From Eledone cirrhosa (taxonomy: Eukaryota), in contig OZ024744.1 in assembly GCA_964016885.1 (NCBI GenBank), forward strand, positions 35,650,001-35,714,000: a stretch of 64,000 nt of DNA. Direction: 5' to 3'. The notes beneath the pieces are model-generated. The model was not told the DNA's origin, ran no database searches, and saw only the letters and a program-made list of their open reading frames with translations. This document shows, in pieces, positions 12,549 to 24,710 of this stretch (position 1 is its first letter; every line of letters starts with the position of its first letter). The translations under genes and the position numbers were made by a program.

Positions 12549-13139
12549 CTGTTGGAAAGAAAGTGTTACACCTCATGCAAAAGGTAGTCTTTTGAAAAAT
12601 GTGTATGAAATGTTATTCTACATGATACTGAGAAGTTGGTATTAAATGTGTAAAATTCTGTAGATAAAGGATAAAAATTAAACAAACACACAAATCTGTT
12701 TAATGTGTCAAGCTGATGAATTTTCATGATTTTCATGAAATGTTAAGCAAATGTTAGTTGAAAAAAATGCATAGACATTAATGATAATGGTCAAAATGTG
12801 CTGGTGAGTTAGATAACTGGGTTAGATACTGGTGAGTTAGATAACTACACTGATACAGAGATACTATGTGAAAGGACAATAAGTGCTGCTGTGCATGTGT
12901 GATATCAGAGGGACATACATATGAAAGGAAACAATTGCAGAAGAGATAGAGAAAATGCAGTGAGGTCAGATCTCAACAATCTCAAAGAAGATATGATAGA
13001 TTAATGATACAATTTAGTGACAGATATGTCAGAAAAATGGATGATAAAATATTAATAATGATTTTATGAAGAGATATATTTTCTGTTATTGCATAGTTAA
13101 AACAGGTTATCACATCTTATTCATACATTCCATTTTAGT

Positions 13140-13835
13140 TTGGCTTCTACATATGGCTGCCCTTCCTAATGCCAACTTTACAGCATTGACCGGGTGCATT
13201 TTATTGTTGCACCAACACTACCACCTTTAGATTGGACTGGGTATTTTTTATTGTGGTACCCAACACTACCATTTTAGAGAGTAGGCTGGGTACTTTTTAT
13301 CATGGCACCAGCACTACCACCTACAGAAATAGTTGTGTTTTATTTTGGCACCAACACTACATCTTTATAAGGTGGATTGTATGATTTTTGTCATGGCATC
13401 AATACTACGAATTTACAAAATTGATGGGTGTTATTTGTTGTGGCACTAGCACTACCACTTTACAGAGTAGATGGGTGTTTTTTGTTGTGGCATCAGCACT
13501 ACCACTTTACAGAGTGGACTGAATGCTTTATATTGTGGCACTAATACTACCATTTTACAGAGTGAATAATGAGCATTTTGCATGGCACCAGCACTATCAC
13601 TTTACTAGCTAGACTAAGTGCTTTTTCTTGTGGCACCAACACTACCATGTCACAGAACGCATGGGTACTTTTTATTACGGTCCCAGCACAACCACCTTAC
13701 AGGGCATTGGTGCATTTTTGCCATAGCAACAACACTACTATGTTACAGGGTGGACTGGAAGCATTTTATTATGGCACCGACATTACCACTTTATAATATC
13801 AGGGCACTCATTGTTTCATGTTACCAACAGCATTA
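13140..13835 (-). repeat. Degenerate tandem array of about 14 copies of a ~47-bp unit related to the RTE/SINE 3' UTR module
   Basis: gcacc(a/g)acactaccactttacagagtggactgggtgc recurs about every 47 bp, starting after ggctgcccttcctaatgccaac as in the RTE tails. Confidence 0.75.
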
Positions 13836-14618
13836 GTAAATTCACTCTTGATTGTAAGTAGCTCTCTTAGTTTAGAAATTCTGCTAGCTACAATATGTTA
13901 CTAATTTAATTAGTCCTTAGTTTTGGTGCAGTGTAATCTATTTTTTAATTATCTTCCTTCATCAGTTTTTAATCAGTGTCTACTTGATTTTTGCAATAGA
14001 TTATGTTAGACTACAAGTCTGTTTCTATCAACAAGTTTGTCTGTTTATTCATTACTGATTAGGTTCAACATCTTTGTTTGTCAGAGAGCGATACAAGGCA
14101 TCTATTCTAATTAAAAACTGATAACTGCTATTTTTTTTCACTTTAACGATTCCAGTCATTTTAATGTAGCCATGCTGGGTCAGACTTCATCTCAAATGTT
14201 TTTAGTTGATCATATCAAACCCGTTACTTTGTCTGGTATTTATTTTATTGACCTTGGTAGAAAAGAAAGGAATGTCTAACAGAGTGAGAATGGATATATC
14301 CAAATAATGCCACAAGAAATTTTTCTATGATGTGTCAGCTTTCTATTCTCCATTGATATATGTATATATATACTTGAATATAATATATATATATATATAT
14401 ACTTGAATATTAGCCTTTGTCTGAGAAATGGGCAAAATTCCAAACCCTGTTTATAAGCTGAGGTAGCTAATGAACATATTATGTTTAGATGACATGGTTT
14501 TGAAATTCTCATGAGTGTAAAATATATTTATTAAGTTTTAATATTTTGATGTTTAAAATTTTAAAAGTATTGTTTAGAGTATAGTTTTTATTTTACAACT
14601 CCATTATGTAGAGTTTCC

Positions 14619-14697
14619 ATTATGTTAAGTTTCAACAAGTTTCTTGTTATGTTAAGTTTCAACAAGTTTCTTGTTATGTTAAGTTTCAACAAGTTTA
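14619..14697. repeat. Triplicated ~26-bp unit TTATGTTAAGTTTCAACAAGTTTCTTG
   Basis: Three adjacent copies visible. Confidence 0.85.
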
Positions 14698-15431
14698 CTT
14701 CCGGCCACTTGAAATGAAGAGATCAAATAAGGGAACTTTATATAGAGATTCATAAAGTAAAAAGAGGGAATGAGGGACAGCAAATGAGAGAGGAGAGGCA
14801 AAGCAAGTAAAAAAAGAGGAGGGCAAGAGCGAGAATGGAGAAAGAGCAAGAGTAGGAGAGTATATAGTTCAGAGATTAGAAAATAAAAAAATAGAAAAAG
14901 GCAGACATATGAGTGTGTGTGTAGTATTTTTAATTTTTGTGTGTATCAGAGTATATATTGGTAGAATGGTTTATATATAGTTGGTGATGATGTCTGTGTC
15001 TATATTAACATTGTGTATAGGTGTAGTTTGTCAGTGTATATAGTAAATATAAAAGGAATTATATGAGACAAATATGTATTTGTTCATTAAATAAAACAAA
15101 ACTCAATTTCAAGGTGGAATAGCAGAAGTTGAAATTAAAACAAAACAGTTAAATTGTTATAGCAACCACACTATACTAAGCTAAGTGAGAAATGTGTGTG
15201 TATATGTGTTGATGTGTGTGTTTGTGTGTGCGCGTTTCTACATTATTTTGTTGTTGTATATGTAATGTATTTAAGTGTATGCGAGTATTTCCATGAAGTG
15301 CAGCAATGTATCCATGTTGGTGTACAAGTAGATGAAGGAGGGTACTAGATGCAGTGGAGAGAGCAGTTTAGAGGAAGTGGGGACGTGTATTGAGGCCATT
15401 GGGCATAGATGTATTTAGAAAAAAAAAAAAA

Positions 15432-15620
15432 ATTGTTTCTACTTTTGGCACAAGGTCAGCAAATACCCAGTGTATTACTGGTACTTTATTTTATCGACCC
15501 CGTAAGGATGAAAGGCAAAGTTAACCTCGGCGGGATTTGAACTCAGAATGGCAAGGGCCGTAACCCCTATGCATCAAAGCATGGTGTCCGACCCTCTACC
15601 GATACTGCCAATCCACCGCA
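15432..15620 (-). mobile_element. SINE family A
   Basis: Reverse complement of the family A consensus, near intact. Confidence 0.85.
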
Positions 15621-15864
15621 GTTTATTATTATAAAATAATAATAATAATCAGCTGTTTCCACTGGCGGCGTATGTGTGAGAGTTTGGTGCAGGAAGTGAA
15701 CCTGAATATGTGGACAAATAAAAGGCACAGAAACCTCAGAAAAGATGGACACATGGATGGATCCTATTGATTATCTGTCTTCTGAGATTCATCATAGTTC
15801 AGATGCTTTAAAATCTCTTCTTCCCAGTGCATCAGTGGTATCTAAAGGAACATAACTTTTCAGT

Positions 15865-16112
15865 CTGTGACTAACCCAGGTTCTGCTGCATGTCGGGCTA
15901 AGGAGGCCAAACTCCTCAAATACCGGTCGCTCTCCGACAGGTTTGCGATTGTACCCTTGGCAGTGGAGACATCTGGTGTCCTCGGTGCCAGGGCTACCTC
16001 CCTACTCACCACCATAGGCACTGAGCTGTCCAGCCGCATCTCCCTTGCCGTCCTCCGGGGAAACACCTTCTCCATTCTGTCCACCGAGGCTGTGGGGAGG
16101 CCACCAATATGA
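15865..16112 (+). mobile_element. Fragment of a CRE-like non-LTR retrotransposon (REL endonuclease C-terminus)
   Basis: SAACRAKEAKLLKYRSL...IVPLAVETSGVLG...RISLAVLRGN..SIL matches the characteristic K..KY...F.P.AVET.G.W...RIS.A.QRGN C-terminus. Confidence 0.75.
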
Positions 16113-16794
16113 TTGACCGACTTGTCATTTTATCAGTCAGCTGTTGCTGTCGTTAGATAACTAGGTATCTGTAGATGAATGTTGATACTCGTTTATTAGA
16201 GCTGTCTTCTTAAACAGACCAGAAGATCACCTCTCCCATTGATGCTCCTCCCCTGGAAACAAGGGATGCTGGTTAAGAAATAATGGTACAGACTGGATCT
16301 TCTTGATTCATTAAACATGGAATGCACAACAATACACCCACTTTTCAGACAAAACCAGCAGAAAAGGCTGATGGCCCAATATAGATTGGCACCACCAGCA
16401 ACTGATTTATCTTCAGGTGTTCTACCAGAGTTTCCCTCTCCTAGTAAACTTTTGGATGGCCATTGACTCTTATGAGTTCTTCTGCCATTGACTCTTATGA
16501 GTTTTTCCTCTCTCAGGCTATTAAAATATATCACCTACCCCACCAAGATAGTTTGATGGAATTGTCAGTTTAGTTGCCAATGACTTGACCATGCGACAAA
16601 CTTCTGTAAAGTTTCTGTGTATCAAATTTTATGAACAAGGCATTGGTCAATGTGTGACTACTGGAAAATACACTTGCCAAGGTGTTGTATAAATGGGCTT
16701 GAACCTTCAACCATATAGTTTTGTTGTAAAGTGAGTTTCTTAACTACATGACTATATCTGCACTATTTAAAAAAATTCATTTTTATATTATAAC

Positions 16795-17105
16795 GGATTG
16801 GCAGTATCGGTAGAACGCCAGACAACATGCTTTGTGACATAGAGTTACGGCCCTTTACCTTCTGAGTTCAAATCTGTTGATGTTAGCTTTACCTTTCATC
16901 CTTACACGGTCGATAAAATCAAATACCAGTAATGCACAGGTACTACATTTTAATCGACTTTCTACTCCCCTACAATTGCTGACCTTGTGCCTATAGTAGA
17001 AATCATTACATCATATATTATATTATGACATATCGGGGTCGATAAAATAAAGTACCAGTAATGCACTGGGTAATTGCTGGCCTTGTGCCTAAAGTAGAAA
17101 CAATT
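16795..17105 (+). mobile_element. SINE family A plus a second 3' fragment
   Basis: Full head, core and tail at 16795-17005, then a repeat of ggggtcgataaaataaagtacc...agtagaaac at 17035-17105. Confidence 0.8.
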
Positions 17106-17187
17106 ATATTATGACATATGTTAATATGTGTGTGTATTTGTGCATATGCAATCATATATATCTATGTAAATGTATTTATATTTATAT

Positions 17188-17615
17188 GAAGGTACATGGC
17201 TTAGTGGTTAGAGCATTGGACTTGCCATCGAAAAGTTGTGAGTTCAATTCTCAGATCGGGTAATGTGTTGTTTCCTTGAGCAAGACACTTTATTTCACAT
17301 TGCTCCAGTTTACTCAGCTGTAGAAATGAGATGATAGGACTGGGTTCCCTATCATTCCATTGCAAAGTGGTCGTGGAGGTGCCACGGCAAAGAAGCACCC
17401 AGCCCACACTGTAAAGTGGACGTGTGGGTGCCACGGAAAAAAAGCTCCCAGCACTCACTGTAAATGAGGTTGGTGTTAAGAACGGCATCCAGTGCCTGTA
17501 TGAGCAAGACAAAGTCAGTCGACTGGACACTGCCCACAACAGGACATCTCGTCTAACCCATGCTAGTGTGGAAGAACGGACATAAAACGGTGATGATGAT
17601 GATGATCATGATGAT
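17188..17615 (+). mobile_element. SINE family B (tRNA-derived) with an RTE family A 3' tail
   Basis: A-box tggcttagtgg, B-box gtgagttcaattc, core ccttgagcaagacactttatttcac, tail ending aacccatgctagtgtggaagaacggac...(GAT)n. Confidence 0.85.
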
Positions 17616-17964
17616 ACAAATTAGAAATATATAAAAACTACATATGAAGCTTTGTTTAGAGCTTTGTTTAGAGTAGATAATATAGTTAGTTTGTTTATTT
17701 GATTAATACATAAATACATTTATACTTAAATGGAATAGAATGAAACAAAATTTCATTTCTCACTCTTAGTACGGCAGTACATACATACTTACATTTATAC
17801 TTATATATTGATTTATATTACTACTACTACCAGTACTACTACTACGAGTTTTATTATTATTATTATTTCTTGTCTCTCATTGTTGTTTACATTGAAACAA
17901 TAATCTAAATATAGTGATAAGTACAACATATTCAGTTTACATAAAACTCTCTCTCTCTCTATGT

Positions 17965-18340
17965 CATCATCATCATCATCATCATCACCGCATCACCGTT
18001 TTACGTCCGTTCTTCCATGCTAGCATGGGTTAGACGGGTTGTCCTGTTGTGGGCAGTGTCTGGTCGGCTGACCATGCCTTGCTCATACAGGAACTGATTT
18101 TGGCTTGATTTCTACAGCTGGATGCCCTTCCTAACACCAACCTCATTTACAGTGAGTGCTGGGTGCTTTTTCCATGGCGCCTACACGTTCACTTTACAGT
18201 GTGGGCTGGGTGCTTTTTTTGCCGTGGCACCTCCACGACCATCTTGCAGTGGGAGGGTTTGGGTCATATTGTCGATATGCTTCAGCTTGTACCCATGGGA
18301 GGTCGGGTACTCTGTATTACTGCATGACGCCAGAGGTCAC
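17965..18340 (-). mobile_element. RTE family A 3' end
   Basis: Reverse complement of 20620-20978 and 47575-47935, with a (CAT)n tail on the + strand. Confidence 0.85.
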
Positions 18341-18476
18341 GGTGTGTGTGTATATATATATATGTATGTACATATATATGTGTGTGTGTGTGTATATGTA
18401 TATATGTACATATATATGTGTATATATATATATATATATATTTATGTATGTATGTACATATATGTGTGTGTGTATA

Positions 18477-19260
18477 TATCATCATCATTATCATCATTTA
18501 ACGTCCATCTTCCACGCTTGCATGGGTTTGGACGGGAGTTTTCCCACTTGAGGCAAGATTGGTTGTCCTGCTCGTATAGGACTGTCTGGCGGGTTTTCTA
18601 CGGCTGGATGCCCTTCCTAACACCAACCATGTTTACAGTGTGGACTGGGAGGTTTTTACCGTGTTACCTACACGACCACATTACAGCATGGACTGTGTGT
18701 TTTTTTGTCGTGACACCTACACGTCTGGCGGGTTTTCTACGGCTGGGTGCCCTTCCCAACACCAACCACGTTTACAGTGTGGACTGGGCGGTTTTTACCG
18801 TGTTACCTACACGGCCACATTACAGCGTGGACTGTGTGTTTTTTTGTCGTGACACCTACATGACCTCATTTGTTTCGGACTGGATGTTGTGGTACCAACA
18901 TAACTTCACATTTAAGGGGTTGGTGTGGATGGGGTGGGGGTAGTGGGACGGGAGTGTATTTTGTTAGAGGTGCCTACTGACTGTAGGTTTCGCTTTGTAC
19001 TTAGGCAAGGCGGGTCTTCTGTATAACTGTGTAGTGCCAAAGATCTCGGTCAAGTGACATTGTCTTGGAGAGGTGTAAGTGTGTGAGGTCGGAATTTATC
19101 AAGTCGTCCCAGGTATTTGCGGGTCTGCCTACTCCGTGGCTACCGTCTATTTTTATCGCCCTGCACTTTTTTAATCAGCTGTCTTTCATGCGCATCACGT
19201 GACCGTACCAACGTAGTCTTCTCTCTCTCGAGTAAACAACATCTGATCCCTCTTATTCCT
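18477..19260 (-). mobile_element. RTE family B 3' end (ORF C-terminus plus UTR)
   Basis: Reverse complement of 26330-27134; encodes RRLRWYGHVMRMK...GRP..TWDDLINSDL. Confidence 0.85.
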
Positions 19261-19269
19261 ATATATATA

Positions 19270-20977
19270 GGAATCTATAGAGGCATAAAGCTGATGGACC
19301 AGGTCATAAAAGTAACAGAAAGAGATATAGCACAATTGATTAGGGAGCAGGTGAAACTAGATGAGATGCAATTTGGGTTTTTACAAGGAAGAAGCACCAC
19401 TGATGTCCTCTTCCTTGTGAGGCAGTTACAGGAAAAGTACCTAGCTAAAAGTAAGCCACTCTACCTGGTATTCGTCGATCGTGTTCCACGTGCTGTAATC
19501 TGGTGGGCTCTTAGAAAACTAGGAGTAGATGAATGGCTTGTGAAAGCTGTAGAAGCCATGTATAGGGGAGCAGTCAGCAAAGTTAGGATTAGCAATGAGT
19601 ATAGTGAGGAATTTAGCATACAGGTCGGTGTCCACCAGGGCTCTGTTCTTAGTCCTCCCCTGTTCATTATAGTCCTGCAGGCAATAACGGAGGAGTTTAA
19701 GACCGGATGCCCATGGGAACTTCTGTATGCAGATGACCTCGCACTTATAGCTGAATCTATGGTAGAACTAGAGAAGAAATTCTAAACTTGGAAGCAGGGA
19801 CTAGAAAGAAAGGGTCTCAAAGTCAACATGACAAAGACTAAGGTCCTTGTAAGAAGATGAGAAAAACAGAACCCAGATCCCCTCAGGGAAATGGCCTTGT
19901 TCAGTATGTAGGAAAGGTGTAGGTAGGAACTCCATTCACTGCCCCAAATGCAAACAATGGGTACATAAGAGATGTAGCGGGATCTCAGGAAGCTTAATTA
20001 AGAATGTAGGCTGTGACAGCAAGAAGCAAACAGCCACAGGAAACAAGTACCACCAATCTCTGGGACGGCTCTGTAGAAACAGTAGACAGCTTCTGCTACC
20101 TAGGTGACTGAATTAGCAGCGGAGCAGGGTGTTCAGAAAGTACAATAACTAGGGTAAGAACGGGATGGAAGAAGTTCAGGGAGTGACAGCCACTGCTAGC
20201 TGCAAAAGGCTTCTCCCTCAGAATGAAAGGCAGACTGTATGATGCGTGTATCCGAACAGCAATGTTACATGGTAGAGAGACCTGACTCTGTGGAAGACTT
20301 GCGTAGATTAGAAAGAAACGAAGCCTGCATGCTCAGATGGATGTGTAATAGTAATATATGCGAACGGCAAAGCATAAATGAATTGAGAGAGAGACTGAGC
20401 ATAAGAGGAATCAAATGCTGTGTGCAGGAGAGGCAGTTGCATTGGTATGGACATTTGATGCGTATGAAGGATGGCAGCTGCATAAAAAGGTGCAGAGCAC
20501 TAGAAGTCGATGGAAACCGCGGAGTGGGGAGACCCAAGAAGACCTGGGATGAGGTGATAAAAGCCGACCTTACACAATTACACCTCTCAAAGGCGATGAC
20601 ACACGACTGTGACCTCTGGCGTCACACAGTATTACAGAGTACCCGACCTCCCATGGTTACAAGCCGAAGCTGAAGCATATAGACAATATGCCCCCACACC
20701 CACTGCAAAGTGGTTGTGGAGGTGCCATGGCAAAAAAGCACCCAGCCTACACTGTAAAGTGGATGTGTAGGTGCCATGGAAAAAAAGCACCCAGCACTCA
20801 CTGTAAATGAGGTTGGTGTTAGGAAGGGCATCCAGCTGTAGAAATCAAGCCAAAATCAGTTCCTGTATGAGTAAGGCATGGTCAGCCGACCAGACACTGC
20901 CCACAACAGGACAACCAGTCTAACCCATGCTACCGTGGAAGAACGGACGTAAAACGGTGATGATGATGATGATGATG

Positions 20978-20978
<1 letters not shown>
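19270..20978 (+). mobile_element. 5'-truncated RTE LINE family A (RT to 3' tail), decayed
   Basis: YRGIKL...QFGF...GVHQGSVLSP...LLYADDL, zinc-finger-like WPCSVCRKG, WYGHLMRM...GRPKKTW, (GAT)n tail. Contains stops and frameshifts. Confidence 0.92.
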
Positions 20979-21035
<57 letters not shown>

Positions 21036-21039
21036 TTAT

Positions 21040-21080
<41 letters not shown>

Positions 21081-21104
21081 TAACCCATGCTAGCATGGAA
21101 GAAT

Positions 21105-22800
21105 GGATGGGGTAGGGGTAGTGGGTTGGGGGTGTATATTTGGTTAAGAGGTGCCTACTGACTGTAGGTTTCACTTTGTACTTAGGCAAGGCGGGTCTTC
21201 TGTATTACTGTGTAGCGCCAAAGATCTCGGTCCAGTGACATTGTCTTAGAGAGGTGTAAGTGTGTGAGGTCGGAATTCATCAAATCATCCCAGGTTTTTC
21301 TGGGTCTGCCTACTCGGTAGCTACCGTCTATTTTGATCGCCCTGCACTTTTTTTACAGCTGTCGTTTTTCATGCGCATCACGTGACCATACCAACGTAGT
21401 CTTCTCTTGAGTAAACAGCATCTGATCCCTCTTATTCCTAATTTCTCACATAGTTCATTTATGCTTTGCCGTTCGCGTATATTAGTATTACACGTCCAAC
21501 GGAGCATGCAAGCTTCGTTTCTTTCCAGTCTGTGTATATCCTCTGCACACAATGCCCAGGTCTCACTGCCATGTAACATTGCTGTTCGTATACAGGCATC
21601 ATACAGCCTGCCTTTCATTTTTAGAGAGAAACCTTTTGTGGCCAACAGTGGTATAAGCTCTCTGATCTTTTTCCATCCCGTTCTGGTTACTGTACTTTCA
21701 GAGCACCCTCCACCACTGCTGATTTTGTCACCCAGGTAACGGAAGGTGTCCACTATTTCTATAGAACCATCCGGGCAATAGAAGGAGCTAGTATCGTGTG
21801 GGCACTTGCTACTTATTGCACCTGAGCACCGGCCACATATAAATTCTACCTTCTTAGTTAGCTTACCTGTGATCCCACTACATCTTTTATGCACCCATAC
21901 TTTGCATTTGGGACATAAAATGGAATTTTAGCTTACTCCTTTTCTACACACTGAGCATGGCCATTTCCCAGATGGCCCTATTTTCCTTCCTACATACTAG
22001 AACTTTAGTGTTAGACAAGTTAACTTTAAGGCCTTTTGATTCTAGGCCATGCTTCCACGTTTGGAATTTCTTCTCTAGTTCAACCATCGATTCAGTTATG
22101 AGCGTTAGATCATCTGCATATAGAAGTTCCCATGGGCAGCCGGTCTTGAACTCCACTGTTGCCTGAAGGGCAATAATAAATAGTAGGGGGCTAAGGACAG
22201 AGCCCTGATGAACACCAACTTTTATGCTAAATTCTTCACTATATTCGTTGTTAATTCTAACCTTACTGGCTGTTTCTTTATACATGACTTGTATAGCTCT
22301 CACAAGCCATTCATCAACACCTAGTTTTCTAAGAGCCCACCAGATAATGGAGCGGGTTACTCTGTCAAAGTATTCTCCAAGTCAATAAAAGATAAGTATA
22401 GGGGTTTACTTTTAGCTAGGTACTTCTCCTGTAGTTGTCGTACAAGGAAAAGAGCGTCTGTGGTACTTTTACCTGACAGAAACCCAAACTACATTTCATC
22501 TAGATCAATTCGCTCTCTGATTAGTTGCGCTATAACTCTTTCTGTGACCTTCATGACCTGGTCAATTAATTTAATGCCTCTATAGTTACCCCTATCTAGA
22601 GCATCCCCTTTACCCTTGTAGCAGTTAATGATGCTGCTGCTACGCCAGTCCTTTGGTATGACTCCATTCTGCATGACTTGGTTTACTATCCGGGTGACCA
22701 TAGTGTGTCCCACCATTCCAGATGCTTTCAGCATTTCAGCAACTATCTCCGAAGGCCCAGCTGCCTCGCCTGTCTTCATGTCTTTCATTGCCTTACTTAA
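21105..22800 (-). mobile_element. RTE LINE family B fragment (RT region), decayed
   Basis: Minus-strand ORFs with KGKGDALDRGNYRGIKL, GVHQGSVLSPLLF, LLYADDL and RRLRWYGHVMRM. Confidence 0.92.
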
Positions 22801-22860
22801 TATATACACTTAACTTGCACTGCTGGTCCCTCTATATTTATTTATGTATGTACATATATA

Positions 22861-22938
<78 letters not shown>

Positions 22939-22940
<2 letters not shown>

Positions 22941-24710
22941 GGAAAATTTGAACAGGAACAAAACAGAGAGGCAGTACAACGAATGTTTATTAATTTCACG
23001 CTCTTGAGAGTGGGGTGGTGGTGGGGAACGACGTTTCGGGCATAAGCCCTTCTTCAGGTGAAAAGTGTGTGGGAAGAGAGTTCAAAAGGTGTGTAGGGGA
23101 GTGGTGGAGAGACATATAGCAAAAAGGGGGTGGGAGGAAACGGTGCTAATGAAAATAAAAATAAAAACATGATCAAAAAAAAATTAAAATGGGGTAAAAC
23201 AGGTGGTGGAAGGGTGTGGGGCGTGTAGGGGTGGTGGCGGGTGGAGTGGGGAGAGGGAGACGGGGGTGTCCAAGCGGGGAGGGCTGAAGGTGGTGTGTGT
23301 GTGTAGGTGTACGTGTGTGTGTGTGTGTGTGTGTATGTGAAAGCAAGGGTTGGGGAAGAACGGGGTTGCATGTTCAGGAAGAGGTGTGTGTGGGGTGGGG
23401 TGTAGGTCGGAGTGTGTGTGCGTGTGTGGATAGAGGGGTGAGGGGAGAGGAATCCGGAGGCTGAATGTGTAAATATGTGGTGGAACGCACGTGTGTGTGG
23501 TGTTTAAGCGTGTTGTGGGTGTAGGTGGCGTGTGGGAAAAACAATTTTTTTGGGGTGTGTGTGTGGGTGACTAATGAAGGTGATTCCGTAAGAAGATGTT
23601 GTGGAAAGGTTGGTAAAATCCTAGGATGGTAGTTGATTCCGCGGTCAAGGTCCACATACGATGAATCCGTGAAGAGATGGTCGGAAGATGGGAGATGTGA
23701 CGCGCACGCAACAGGAAGTGGTCAAGGCAGTAGGAGTGCTGGGAGGTGGTCAGAGGGCATAGCAGCAGTAGGGTGGAATGGTAAAGGGGCGAGGATGGGT
23801 AGGTGTGAAAGTAGGAGTGAGGAGGGGGTGTGTGTGTGTATATTAGTAGAGGTGTTAGTGGGATGAGTGAGTGTTGGAGAAAGGGTGTGGGTGGAGCGGG
23901 GAGAGAAGGGTGTGGGGGTCGATGGAGGGAGTGTGGTGTACTGGTGTGTGTGTAGTTTGATGAAGTGGGTGTTAGTGGGTGTTAGTATACAGGAGGTGGA
24001 GAAAGGGTTGAATGTGGGTGTGAGTGGGGGTCAGTGGTGGTAGGGTGTGTAGAGTTGGTGTCTAAGAGGGTGTGTGTGTACGTGTGCGTGGGGTTGGGCG
24101 GGTGTTAGTGATGTTAGTTGCGTGTAGGGTGGGTGGTGTAAGTGGGTGCGTGTGTTCGTGTGCTTGGGGTCAGGGGGTGTTAATGATGTTAGTTGCGGGG
24201 TGGCGGGGTGGATGTGTGGGGGTGAGGGTTAGTGGTGGTAGTAGGGTGTGTGTTTAGTGTGAGCGCGTGTATATATGTGCCGGTGGGTGTGTGTGTGTGA
24301 TAAGGAGGGGGAGGAGAAGAAGGGAGGGATGTTAGTATGTTAGTTGGGGAAGGGTGGTCGGATGAGGGGTGGAGTGGAGGTGTTAGTATTGTTAGTTGTG
24401 GGGTGGGCAGTGAAAAGGAGGGGTGTGTATTAGTGGGGTATATGTGTGGGGGAGGGGGCGGTAGAAGGCTAAAGGAATAAGGGTGGGGTGTTCAGGCCGG
24501 GGGGAGTGTGGGTCTGTAAGATAAAGATGGTTCTTTGTTCAACTCTGAGGAGATTGGCGGGTGTTCCGTGGAATTGGAGTAGGCCACAGACTGTGAGATG
24601 GCGTGCGGAATGTCCAGGGGCACCAAAGTGGCGGGCGATGGAGGAACTACCACCGAGACGAATAACCCGGAGGTGCTCAGTGAATCTGTCCGCCAGGCGA
24701 TGTCCCGTAT
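22939..24710 (-). mobile_element. Penelope-like element 3' part (GIY-YIG C-terminus, long C-rich 3' region, hammerhead-bearing end)
   Basis: Minus ORF TGHRLADRFTEHLR...IARHF...EQRTIFILQTHTPPGLN is typical of the PLE GIY-YIG C-terminus. Hammerhead core near the 3' end. Confidence 0.8.
23030..23057 (-). ncRNA. Minimal hammerhead ribozyme core
   Basis: Minus strand CUGAAGA-A-GGGC-UUAU-GCCC-GAAA-C-GUC: both conserved boxes, 4-bp stem II, palindromic ACGU stem III and a GUC triplet. Stem I is weak. Confidence 0.75.

Noticed and set aside
13140-13835. CRISPR-like regularly spaced repeats
   Set aside because: The whole unit is repeated and degenerate, with no unique spacers, no cas genes and a eukaryotic context.
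16196-16534. 112-aa minus-strand ORF
   Set aside because: No recognisable domain and no convincing splice signals.
17188-17260. tRNA gene-like sequences with A and B boxes (also at other SINE heads)
   Set aside because: They run into SINE core and tail sequence and lack a complete cloverleaf; they are SINE heads.
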